Assembly: GCA_034189385.1 (NCBI GenBank)
Contig: JAXHVD010000016.1
Coordinates: 38,735-102,734 of the forward strand
Reading direction: 5' to 3'
DNA: 64,000 bases
Source: Thermodesulfobacteriota bacterium
GTDB lineage: Bacteria > Desulfobacterota > Desulfobacteria > Desulfobacterales > C00003060
Shown here: piece after piece, positions 39,656 to 48,861 of the stretch
Position numbering within the stretch: position 1 is the stretch's first letter
Layout: the number at the start of each line of letters is the position of its first letter
The notes under the pieces: generated by a model
What the model saw: only the letters and a program-made list of their open reading frames with translations
What the model was told of the DNA's origin: nothing
Database searches by the model: none
Translations under genes and position numbers: made by a program

Positions 39656-40405
39656 CTACTGTTCCGCGGGCAACCAGAGTGTTTCTCCATCAAATTCGAT
39701 CCGCTGAACGTTTTCGTAATCGATCCTCTCCAGGAGGGCGAAGACGTTTCCCATGTTGTAGATGACAACCTTGCTCAAAGCGTATATGAGGTCCAAGTTC
39801 GTGTCCAGTTTGCGCTCCTTCATGTTGTATATGTGAACCATCTGTTCTGAGAACTTCAGTATTTTGCCAACGCCAGAGCTGTATCCCAGCCTGTCCGGTT
39901 CATCGGCCAGCGGAGAAAGCTCTATCTCCTTATGGTCATAATACTCCTTCAAGAGCCTAAAATGGATATCCCACATATTGTCATTGGGCTGGACCACGTA
40001 GATCCCGTATTCATCGGGCCCATACTCCCTGATTCCGGTCTTGAGATCTGCCTCCAGGATCTCGCCCTGCTTCAATCGGACTTCGTCTACGATTTCCTTC
40101 ATCTGAACCGTCTCGTCTCCGACCTTGATGGACTCGTCCGGCTTAACGACCATGTCGATGCCCTTGTCAACGCCATAGGCTTCTTTGCGCTCCTTCATGA
40201 GCGCATTCAGTTCGTCGTCTCCTTCGTCTTTCAGTTTACCATAGTCAATCACTCTCTCAGGTTCAGGCGGCTTTGTCTTTTCCTGGACCGTGGCAGGTGC
40301 GCGACCAGTGTCTCTTTCAGATCCTCTGTCTTGTCTTGAAACAAACCATAGTCCACCTGCCGCCAGTACGACACAACAGACAGCTACAATGAGAAATTGG
40401 CGCAT
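39656..40405 (-). CDS. Hypothetical N-terminally membrane-anchored protein
   Basis: Single N-terminal TM segment; GGAGG RBS; YVVQPNDNMWDI motif. Confidence 0.75.
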   Translation of the reverse strand: MRQFLIVAVCCVVLAAGGLWFVSRQDRGSERDTGRAPATVQEKTKPPEPERVIDYGKLKDEGDDELNALMKERKEAYGVDKGIDMVVKPDESIKVGDETVQMKEIVDEVRLKQGEILEADLKTGIREYGPDEYGIYVVQPNDNMWDIHFRLLKEYYDHKEIELSPLADEPDRLGYSSGVGKILKFSEQMVHIYNMKERKLDTNLDLIYALSKVVIYNMGNVFALLERIDYENVQRIEFDGETLWLPAEQ

Positions 40406-40699
40406 TTCAGATGACCTCCATTTCCTAAAGGTTCATCGATCATTTGGCTCTTTTCCCCATCCTACTGCAAGAGACACAATCTGGTTGGTGTTCATCTCTC
40501 CAGAAGGCGAGACCAACGGCAACTATCAGTTCGGGCCGTAGGCGGATTCCCATGGTCAAGGACTATTTCGCAGGACAGGAAGAAGCGGATCCGCCCAGAG
40601 GGACATCAGGCCCATATTGGGATGGGGACTAGTTACAGGATTACACGGGGGCTGTCAACAGCATCCTCACCTCTGCCAATGCCTGGAGAAAGCCTCTCC

Positions 40700-41578
40700 T
40701 TATCGCAGTCGCTGTAATGCGGCTCGAATGTGAGCGATGGCTTCGGCCACTATTGTAGCCACGAGGGATGCAAAGGGCCCCGAAAAGCGCTCCCCGTCGG
40801 TCAGGGCATTTAGATCTAGCCGCTTCATGATGGGAAACCCCCTGGTTCCTATCTCCTCTGGATAAAAGAGACGGAACCACGGTTCCATGCGGCCTGCGGC
40901 CAGCCTGTTTGAGAGAGCTACCATTTGACATGGCCTTTTTGCTGCAAAAAGCTTCAAGAACAGGATTTGTTGGCCATGGGCCCTCCTCAAGGCCCCCATA
41001 AGGGCACGGTTCTGAATCCCGGATTTTCCCGTGAGCCCTAGGAGATAGTGGGCAAAAAGGATATTTTGAGTTGAACGAGGCACGTGAACAAACCGCTCCA
41101 ATTGAAAGCTCCGCGGGTGGAGACCCAGTGGCTCAAGGAGGACCATATCCATCAGCGTCTCGATCTGCCGGTGCGTGGCCATGGCCGGGCCGTCCTTTTC
41201 GCCCCAACTGTCTGTCACGTAGTCAATGACCCCATGGACCATGCGATCGCTCACCGTGTGGGTGACAACGCCTGCGGCAAAGGCCACCTTTGCCTTCCAA
41301 GGAGGGGAGGTGACTGAGATACCCTCAAAGAGTCCCATGGCTTTCTTGTCGTTTTCAGCCGCCTCTTTCATGTGAAGGGCGCGAGAGATCGAAAGATGGT
41401 TCCCGCACACCCTTAGAAGAGGGGTCATGTCGTAAAAAAAGGCGTCCGGGATGATGGCCCCGAGATAGAACGACGCCAGATTCTTTTCGATCACAGAGGC
41501 AAGTTGTAGAGTCCCGGACCTTTTCAGGCCATTGAGGACCTCCTTGGCAATCAGGATATGGGTGATTTCCTTGGGCAT
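40700..41578 (-). CDS. Zinc-dependent phospholipase C family protein
   Basis: N-terminal MPKEITH, LGAIIPD, THTVSD...H, HRQIE. Confidence 0.75.
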   Translation of the reverse strand: MPKEITHILIAKEVLNGLKRSGTLQLASVIEKNLASFYLGAIIPDAFFYDMTPLLRVCGNHLSISRALHMKEAAENDKKAMGLFEGISVTSPPWKAKVAFAAGVVTHTVSDRMVHGVIDYVTDSWGEKDGPAMATHRQIETLMDMVLLEPLGLHPRSFQLERFVHVPRSTQNILFAHYLLGLTGKSGIQNRALMGALRRAHGQQILFLKLFAAKRPCQMVALSNRLAAGRMEPWFRLFYPEEIGTRGFPIMKRLDLNALTDGERFSGPFASLVATIVAEAIAHIRAALQRLR

Positions 41579-41715
41579 GGCTCACTTGTCACGGCTCACT
41601 TGGGATCGGTCACGGGTCACTTGGCATAGCGAATCGGATATCAGCCAAGGTCACTGGTCGTCAAAGGAATTCCAGTCAACACCTGTCAGCATCCTATTGT
41701 GCATCAAGGGTCAAC

Positions 41716-41731
41716 TGGCATATAGATTGCA
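41716..41731 (+). promoter_or_regulatory. Sigma-54 promoter
   Basis: TGGCATATAGATTGCA, near-consensus -24/-12. Confidence 0.85.
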
Positions 41732-41779
41732 TATTTGTGGGATCAGGCGATCACCTTAACCACAAGGGAGGTGAGCTCC

Positions 41780-41983
41780 ATGGCCCTGTGGGAGGTCAAC
41801 ACAACTGAGAATGTCATTTCTTTTGGGCAAAAAACAAGGAAGAAGCTCTACCGGTCCGCTTGCAATGAGCCGTTCAAAGGCTACTTCTGGTGCCCTGAAA
41901 GAAAGTGGTTTTTCAAGGAACCATGTCCCTTTATCAACAGGCGAGAGTGCAACAATTATCGCCAAATGTGTGGTCGCTGGTGA
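41780..41983 (+). CDS. Small Cys-rich protein (67 aa)
   Basis: GGAGGTG RBS, sigma-54 promoter directly upstream, five Cys. Confidence 0.75.
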   Translation: MALWEVNTTENVISFGQKTRKKLYRSACNEPFKGYFWCPERKWFFKEPCPFINRRECNNYRQMCGRW

Positions 41984-42234
41984 CACTCTGCTACCAGCCT
42001 GCCAGGTTTCAGCCAACGCAGAGCAATACTCTAACGTGTTGAGGATGAACCCGCGACTTTGGGTGAAACCCCGGTCCCCAGGTTTTGTGCCTTTCTATTT
42101 CTATTCGGCAAAAAATTTGTATTAAAGTCGATTTGGACAGTTCTTTAAAGTAAATACATAGGGATAGATCTCGGAACACAGGTCGAGAAAGGCATGGGCC
42201 GACAGAGGAGCATTTGGAGAAGGCAAGGGCAGTA

Positions 42235-42477
42235 TCAGGACTCTTTGTCGTAGAGGTACAAGGCCATGGCCACGGCAGCGGCCTCTTCTCGGGTGAGACC
42301 TTCTGCCGCCACGGCGGAAGGCGATGATGCATCTTTTTCACGGGCATCCAGGCGGGCGAAAACCCTTCCTGTAATCTGCATGACCAGCTGGAGGATGCCA
42401 AGGACAACGAATATCCCTACAAAGCGGATGACCAAGGTGGAGATGGCATAGCCCCAGTCTACGGTTTCCGGTCCCAT
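42235..42477 (-). CDS. oadG: OadG-family Na+-translocating decarboxylase gamma/delta subunit
   Basis: TM segment FVGIFVVLGIL, Ala/Pro linker, EEAAAVAMAL; lies downstream of the beta subunit. Confidence 0.75.
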   Translation of the reverse strand: MGPETVDWGYAISTLVIRFVGIFVVLGILQLVMQITGRVFARLDAREKDASSPSAVAAEGLTREEAAAVAMALYLYDKES

Positions 42478-42598
42478 TAAGAATATCCTTTCGTTTCCGA
42501 CTACAGGATCTCTCGCCCGCTTCCTCCGGTCGCTTGAGTTTGCAGAGAACGCTGAGATAAAGGGCAACTGTAATTCAAGTAATGCTTTCTTTCCAGGT

Positions 42599-42734
42599 TT
42601 GATGGATTCGTAAAAAGTCCCAGATTCGTCATGCCGGACTTGATCCGGCATCTAGAACATATTGAATTGACTGGATTCCGGCTTTCGCCGGAATGACCGA
42701 AAGTGGTGTTTTTCGACTTCTTACGAATCTGTCA
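42599..42734. repeat. REP/MITE-like palindromic element
   Basis: Terminal inverted repeats TGATGGATTCGTAAAAAGTC/GACTTCTTACGAATCTGTCA; internal GTCATGCCGGACTTGATCCGGCATC and GATTCCGGCTTTCGCCGGAATGAC. Confidence 0.85.
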
Positions 42735-42856
42735 GATTTTGCTCTGTCAACATATTCTGCGATTTCCAGACAGGGTGTTGGGCTGAATTCCTACCAAAGG
42801 AATTCAGTTCAACAACTCTGCGAGCTCTGTGGGCTCTGTGAGAGACCATAGGGTCT

Positions 42857-44005
42857 TCATCCAAACATGGCAATGAACATGCCGGCGGCCGAGGCGCTGC
42901 CGATGACGCCAGCCAGATTCGGGCCGATAGCATGCATCAGTAAGAAATTGTTGGGATTTTCTTGTTGTCCCACAGTCTGGGTCACCCGCGCTGCCATGGG
43001 CACGGCAGAAACACCTGCCGACCCGATAAGCGGGTTCATCTTATCCTTTAAGAAAAGGTTCATGATTTTTACGGTCCATATCCCCCCCATGGTGCAGATG
43101 ACAAAATCGATGAGTCCAAAGGTGAAGATGAGAAGGGGCTTGGCCGTAAGAAACTTCTCTGCCTGCATGGTCGCGCCCACAGAGATGCCCAAGAATATAG
43201 TCACAATATTCATGAGAGACCCTTGGGCTGACCCGGCCAGCCTGTCCACCACACCGCTTTCGCGCATGAAATTGCCCAGCATGAACATCCCCATGAGGGG
43301 GGCCACTGCCGGAATCAGGATGCATGTGACAGCGGTGACCATGAGTGGAAAGAATATCTTCTCACGCTTCGATACCGGCCTCAACTGCTTCATCACGATC
43401 TGTCGTTCATCCTTTTTGGTCAAGAGTCTCATGATAGGAGGTTGAATCAAGGGGACCATGGCCATGTAGGAGTAGGCGGCAAGGGCGTTTGCCCCGAGCA
43501 GATTCGGGGCCAGCTTGGCAGTCAGGTATATGGTTGTAGGGCCGTCCGCCCCTCCAATGATCCCGACTGACGCAGCCTCTTTTAGGGTGAATCCGCAAAG
43601 GAGCACACCCAGAAATGTGACGAACACGCCAAGCTGCGCACCGGCTCCAATGATAAGCGTCTTGGGATTGGCGATAAGGGGGCCAAAATCGGTCATGGCT
43701 CCTAGCCCCAGAAATATGAGACAGGGGATGACCTCCCATTCCACACCGTAATGGTAGAAGATGTTAAAGAGCTCCCGCTTACCGTGGGCATCAAATCCCA
43801 TGAGCGGGGTGAGGGGGAAATTCACAATAAAGATCCCAAACCCAATGGGCAACAGGAGGAGGGGCTCATACTTCTTGGCCACGGCCAGATAGATAAAAAA
43901 AAGACCGATGGCCCACATAATCAAGAGCTTGTAGTGAAGACTGAAAAGCCCCGTTTGGGTCTGTAAGATGTTCAGTAAAATATCAATAAAGGCATCCCAC
44001 GTCAT
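42857..44005 (-). CDS. oadB: Na+-translocating decarboxylase beta subunit
   Basis: YEPLLLLPIGFG, GIIGGADGPT, GSAGVSAVPMAARV. Confidence 0.95.
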   Translation of the reverse strand: MTWDAFIDILLNILQTQTGLFSLHYKLLIMWAIGLFFIYLAVAKKYEPLLLLPIGFGIFIVNFPLTPLMGFDAHGKRELFNIFYHYGVEWEVIPCLIFLGLGAMTDFGPLIANPKTLIIGAGAQLGVFVTFLGVLLCGFTLKEAASVGIIGGADGPTTIYLTAKLAPNLLGANALAAYSYMAMVPLIQPPIMRLLTKKDERQIVMKQLRPVSKREKIFFPLMVTAVTCILIPAVAPLMGMFMLGNFMRESGVVDRLAGSAQGSLMNIVTIFLGISVGATMQAEKFLTAKPLLIFTFGLIDFVICTMGGIWTVKIMNLFLKDKMNPLIGSAGVSAVPMAARVTQTVGQQENPNNFLLMHAIGPNLAGVIGSASAAGMFIAMFG

Positions 44006-44093
44006 CAACTGTTCCTTCACCCCTATATTCAAAACACTCTGGGCAAGGCCACAGAGTGTTTACATGGGGCTCTACAGGAAAAGAGGGAGCAGG

Positions 44094-45584
44094 TCAAGCA
44101 GTTTTGATGTGGCTTTCACCAGGCTGCAAGTCACGGGCCCCTTCTATAGTAATGGTAAGATTTCGCCTTGTTTCCACTTCCAGGAGTTCTTTACGCTTTT
44201 TGTTTAGGAGATAGTCGGCCACGTTCATGGGAACAACACCCCTTACCGTGGTGACGTCCTTCTTTAGGATCTCAGATCGAAGCTTTCGGAGAAACTCTAG
44301 GGCCAGCCTTTCGGCCGAAGGAAGGAGGCCCTTGCCATGACAATGGGGGCACGGCACAAAACTGCCGTACTCGATGGAAGCACTTATCCGTTGGCGGACA
44401 AGCTCCATGAGTCCAAACTTGGATATCCCACCTACGGTGATGCGGGCCTTGTCCAGTTTCGTGTGCTCTTTCATGGCCTTGATGACATCCTGTTTGTGCT
44501 TGCGGTCGCGCATGTCGATGAAATCGATGACAATCAATCCGCCCAGATCGCGAAGGCGGAGTTGTCTGGCAATCTCAGCGGCCGCTTCCATATTGGTTCC
44601 GTAGGCGGTCTTTTCCAAAGAACCTCCGCGGGTAGATTTGCCAGAGTTGACATCAATGGCCACCAAGGCCTCTGTGGGGTTGATCACGATGTGACCGCCT
44701 GATTTCAAGGGAACACGGCTTGCAAAAATGGAGGCGATCTGCTTTTCAAGCTCATACTTGGTGAATATGGGTTGGGGATCTTTGTAGGGTTTAACGATCT
44801 TTGCGTGTCTAGGGGATATAACCCGCATGAAATCCTTTACATCCCGATAGACGTCCTTGTCGTCCACAAGGATTTCATTGACATCAGGCGTGAAGCGATC
44901 TCGAATGGCCCGAACGGCAAGGTGACGTTCTTTGTAAAGGAGGCAGGGGGCAGGACTGGCCAGACCTTTCTTTTTGACATTGTCCCAAAGGCGAAGCAGA
45001 TACCGCATGTCCTTGGAGAGCTCCCGCTTCTTTCGCTCTTTGCCCGCTGTGCGGACAATGGCGCCGAAGGTTTCGGGAATATTCAATGATTCGACGATGC
45101 CCTTAAGGCGCTGTCTTTCTTTATCATCTTCGATCTTCCGCGAAATCCCCAAACCCTTGCTTCCAGGCATGAGCACAGCATACCGTCCGGCCAGCGATAT
45201 ATAAGTGGTGAGGAGGGCCCCCTTGCTGAGGATCGGTTCTTTGGTCACTTGGACCAAGAGCTCCTGGCCAGGCTTGATCAGGTGTTGGATGCTGCGGGCC
45301 TTCTTTTTGCCGGCAGCCGGCTTATCCACGTAGTAGTCGCTGTGGATCTCGTGTTGTTGGAGAAAGCCGTTTTTTTCCGCCCCGTAGTCAACAAAAGCGG
45401 CCTGAAGGCTACGTTCTACCCGCGTGACAACCGCCTTATATATATTTCCCCGATTCAGTTCGCCACCGGCAGTTTCGATGCTGAAGTCCTCTAGGGTGGT
45501 TCCCTTTATGACGGCAACGCGGCATTCCTCTGGATCTATGGCATTGATGAGTATTTGATGTCGTTCCTTTTTTTGCGTCATCAC
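44094..45584 (-). CDS. Rne/Rng family ribonuclease (short RNase E/G)
   Basis: S1 domain AAFVDYG, IDVNSG, GGLIVIDFIDM, CPHCHG. Confidence 0.95.
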   Translation of the reverse strand: MMTQKKERHQILINAIDPEECRVAVIKGTTLEDFSIETAGGELNRGNIYKAVVTRVERSLQAAFVDYGAEKNGFLQQHEIHSDYYVDKPAAGKKKARSIQHLIKPGQELLVQVTKEPILSKGALLTTYISLAGRYAVLMPGSKGLGISRKIEDDKERQRLKGIVESLNIPETFGAIVRTAGKERKKRELSKDMRYLLRLWDNVKKKGLASPAPCLLYKERHLAVRAIRDRFTPDVNEILVDDKDVYRDVKDFMRVISPRHAKIVKPYKDPQPIFTKYELEKQIASIFASRVPLKSGGHIVINPTEALVAIDVNSGKSTRGGSLEKTAYGTNMEAAAEIARQLRLRDLGGLIVIDFIDMRDRKHKQDVIKAMKEHTKLDKARITVGGISKFGLMELVRQRISASIEYGSFVPCPHCHGKGLLPSAERLALEFLRKLRSEILKKDVTTVRGVVPMNVADYLLNKKRKELLEVETRRNLTITIEGARDLQPGESHIKTA

Positions 45585-45782
45585 TAGGCTCCCACTTCGG
45601 CCATTTTCAGCAGCCCCAAGTCATACGTTGCCCTCTGCGAACGTATTGTCTGAGTGTTCTACCCTAAAGACGAGTCGTGGCATAAGAATTTTAGCCTAGC
45701 AGGTAGCACGGAATAAGACAAGGGGAACAGATACTGGCCACTTGACAGACGGAGGTTGGAGGGATAAAGGATTTTTTGAATC

Positions 45783-48700
45783 GTGAGTGAGAAAAGAAAA
45801 GGGGCAACGTTGAACAGGTATATCGTGGGAATTGATGTAGGCTCTGTGAGCCTCAACTCTATGGTCATTGATCAGGCCAAGGAGATCGTCTACGAGTCTT
45901 CCTACAGGCGTCACCTTGGCAAGGTAGATGAAGAGGTGGCAAGGCTTGTCAACGACCTATACCGGAGGTGGGGGCGCGATAGGATAAAGGCGATCGCCTT
46001 TACAGGAAACCATGGCCAGAAGATGAGCCGGCGATTGGGTGGTTTTTATGAATTCGAGACCATTAGCCAAGTCCTTGGGGCCCTGCACATAGAACCGAAG
46101 GTGAGAACGATCATTAGTATGGGGGGACAGGACACGGCCCTGCTGCAGATCAACCATGACCATGACGGCTGGGAACTCGATTACTTCAATACCAACGGCC
46201 CCTGTGCCTCTGGCACTGGGTCCTTTATTGATCAACAAGCCCAAAGGCTCGCTACATCAATCTACGAAAAGAAGGTGGATGTCTCCCAAAATCAAATCGA
46301 TAATATACTGGCCGACTTTGTGGATTTGGGCCTGAAAAGCGAGTCCCCCGCCAACGTGGCCTGCCGGTGTACGGTGTTTACCAAGTCAGACATGATCCAC
46401 CTCCAAAACAAGGGAGAGAGGCTGGAAGATATCATATATGGTTTACATGTAGGAAATGCCAGAAACTACATGAGCACCATCGTGTCCAATCGGATCCTTG
46501 AAGAACCGATGCTTTTTGTGGGCGGCCTCTCTATGAATGCACTCCAGGTCCGTGCATTTAGAAATTATTTTCCCGGGCTGATCGTTCCTCCGTACAATAC
46601 CTCCGTTGGTGCCTTGGGCGTAGCATTACAGGCCTTGGACCTGGGTCTGGAAAACCATGTGGACCTGGATGAGGCCACCCTCGGCAAGGACGAGGATATC
46701 CTTGAACTGCCCCTGGCATCAAAACTTGAATTGAGGGAAACGAGATTTCCAGAAGACAACCAAGTCCGGAAGAGGTTTTTTTACAAAAGGGTGCCGGTCT
46801 ATGTCGGGATCGATGTGGGCTCTACCACTACCAAATATGCCATGATGGATGAAGGCCGTGAGATCATCCACAAAAGCTATGTCCATACCCAAGGAAAACC
46901 AGTGGAGGTCACACAGCGGCTTCTACGAACTATTCGCAATGAAATGGGAGATAAAATTGACATCGTGGGCACTGCTACCACTGGATCGGGGCGAAACGTG
47001 GTTGGCGATTTCTTGAACGTGGATCTGATTATCGATGAGATAACGGCCCATGCACGAGGCGCCGTGGAGATAGACGCCACCATTGACACCATCTTCGAGA
47101 TCGGTGGACAGGATTCTAAGTATGTCTATATTGCCAATACCTATCCTTTGGACTTTGATATGAACAAGGTCTGTGCTGCGGGAACGGGCAGTTTTCTCCA
47201 TGAGCTTGCCAACAAGTACGGCATCAATATTGTAGACGAGTTCCAGGAGATTGCCCTCTCTTCTGATCTTCCTATCAAGCTGGCGGAAAGATGCACTGTT
47301 TTCATGGAATCAGATCTGGTGTCATACCATCAGAAAGGGGTCGCAACAAATGATCTCATCGCAGGCCTCTGTTATGCCATCGTCCACAATTATCTCAATC
47401 GCGTGGTGGAAAAGAGAAAGGTGGGAAAGCGGGTCATGTTTTTGGGGGGGCCTTCCCTGAACAAGGGGGTCGTGGCTGCCTTTGAAAACGTTCTTGGCTG
47501 CGGCCTTGTGGTCCCCAGGCACAGGGAGGTCCTGGGCGCCTTTGGGGCCGCCATCAGCGTACAGGAGAGGATGGCACTGCAGGAGAGACCGACCACTATG
47601 TTTCGGGGGCTCGATAGCGCCATCAATGATCGCATGCGCTACAAGGAGAAGATCTGTCGCGCAGATCCCAACTGCCACAACCAATGCAAGCTCAAGATAT
47701 ACGATTTTGACGGACGAAAGAGTATCTGGGGTGGGGAATGCGGCAGATATGAATCAACGGCCAGACAAGGGCCGAAAAAGGAGAACTACTTCCGTTTGAG
47801 AGATGCCATTTGGCAGGAACATATGGCAGGGGTCTATGAAGAACTAAAGGGGGAGCCTCTCATGGAGGTAGATGGCAGGCCCACCGTGGGGATGCAGAGG
47901 GCCCTCTATACCCATCACACAGGGGTCCTGTGGGCCCACTTCTTTGATCAATTGGGCTTCAGGCTGGTCCTGAGCCAGCCTACAAATAGCCAGATTTCCA
48001 GCCTGGGGATTGAGGCGATGACAGGGGAGACCTGTTATCCCATTAAGGTTTCCCATGGCCACGTGAGGACGCTGGCAGGAAAGACACGGTATCTCTTCTT
48101 GCCTTCCATCATCGATGTGCCTACTCCTGAAGACTCGGAAACAGGGTTCTACTGCCCCCTCGTGCAGTCCAACTACTACATGGTTCAGATGGCCCTGGAC
48201 CTTCAAAAAGACGCCGTCATCAGCCCAGTGATCCATCTTAAATACGATCTTCCCACACTGGCCCTGGTGCTGTCAGAGCAGATTTCCTCAAAACTTGGAG
48301 TCAGCAGATCGAAAATAGAATATGCTTTAGCTTTTTCCCTGGAAAGGCAAAGTGGATTCATCCGGGCCTTGCACGAAAGGGGGGAAAAGATCATGGCGGC
48401 CCATGATCCAAACACACCCCTTGTGGTGGTAACGGGGCGTCCCTACAATCTCTATGATGAAAGGCTGAACCTGAGGCTTGGGCATCATCTGGCCAAGATC
48501 GGTGTGGCCGGCCTTCCCATGGATTTTCTCGATGCCTCATCTGTGGATCTTTCTGATTTTCCATCTATGTACTGGGCATTGGGTGCCCAGATTTTAAGGA
48601 CTGCGAAGATTATCAGAGACCATCACCACTACTTTGGGCTCCATGTGACCAATTTTAGCTGCGGAGCCGATTCTTTTCTAGAGCATTTCTACAAACATAT

Positions 48701-48854
48701 CATGGGAGACAAGCCCTACCTTATTCTCGAGTTAGACGAACATAGCGCAGTGGCCGGTGTCATGACCAGACTGGAGGCCTATAAGAATGTCCTTGAGAAC
48801 ACCATGGGGAAATGGAATAGGGACATGTACGTCCATCAAGAAGTAGCCAATTGA
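45783..48854 (+). CDS. Acyl-CoA dehydratase activase-like protein (two BcrAD/BadFG ATPase domains plus DUF2229-like domain)
   Basis: GIDVGS twice, GGQD twice, CASGTG and CAAGTG, RCTVF twice, TCYP, FSCGAD. Confidence 0.9.
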   Translation: MSEKRKGATLNRYIVGIDVGSVSLNSMVIDQAKEIVYESSYRRHLGKVDEEVARLVNDLYRRWGRDRIKAIAFTGNHGQKMSRRLGGFYEFETISQVLGALHIEPKVRTIISMGGQDTALLQINHDHDGWELDYFNTNGPCASGTGSFIDQQAQRLATSIYEKKVDVSQNQIDNILADFVDLGLKSESPANVACRCTVFTKSDMIHLQNKGERLEDIIYGLHVGNARNYMSTIVSNRILEEPMLFVGGLSMNALQVRAFRNYFPGLIVPPYNTSVGALGVALQALDLGLENHVDLDEATLGKDEDILELPLASKLELRETRFPEDNQVRKRFFYKRVPVYVGIDVGSTTTKYAMMDEGREIIHKSYVHTQGKPVEVTQRLLRTIRNEMGDKIDIVGTATTGSGRNVVGDFLNVDLIIDEITAHARGAVEIDATIDTIFEIGGQDSKYVYIANTYPLDFDMNKVCAAGTGSFLHELANKYGINIVDEFQEIALSSDLPIKLAERCTVFMESDLVSYHQKGVATNDLIAGLCYAIVHNYLNRVVEKRKVGKRVMFLGGPSLNKGVVAAFENVLGCGLVVPRHREVLGAFGAAISVQERMALQERPTTMFRGLDSAINDRMRYKEKICRADPNCHNQCKLKIYDFDGRKSIWGGECGRYESTARQGPKKENYFRLRDAIWQEHMAGVYEELKGEPLMEVDGRPTVGMQRALYTHHTGVLWAHFFDQLGFRLVLSQPTNSQISSLGIEAMTGETCYPIKVSHGHVRTLAGKTRYLFLPSIIDVPTPEDSETGFYCPLVQSNYYMVQMALDLQKDAVISPVIHLKYDLPTLALVLSEQISSKLGVSRSKIEYALAFSLERQSGFIRALHERGEKIMAAHDPNTPLVVVTGRPYNLYDERLNLRLGHHLAKIGVAGLPMDFLDASSVDLSDFPSMYWALGAQILRTAKIIRDHHHYFGLHVTNFSCGADSFLEHFYKHIMGDKPYLILELDEHSAVAGVMTRLEAYKNVLENTMGKWNRDMYVHQEVAN

Positions 48855-48861
48855 GGTAAAC

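Noticed and set aside
41981..42046. Possible selenocysteine read-through of the TGA ending the Cys-rich microprotein
   Set aside because: No convincing SECIS hairpin and no Cys-equivalent context
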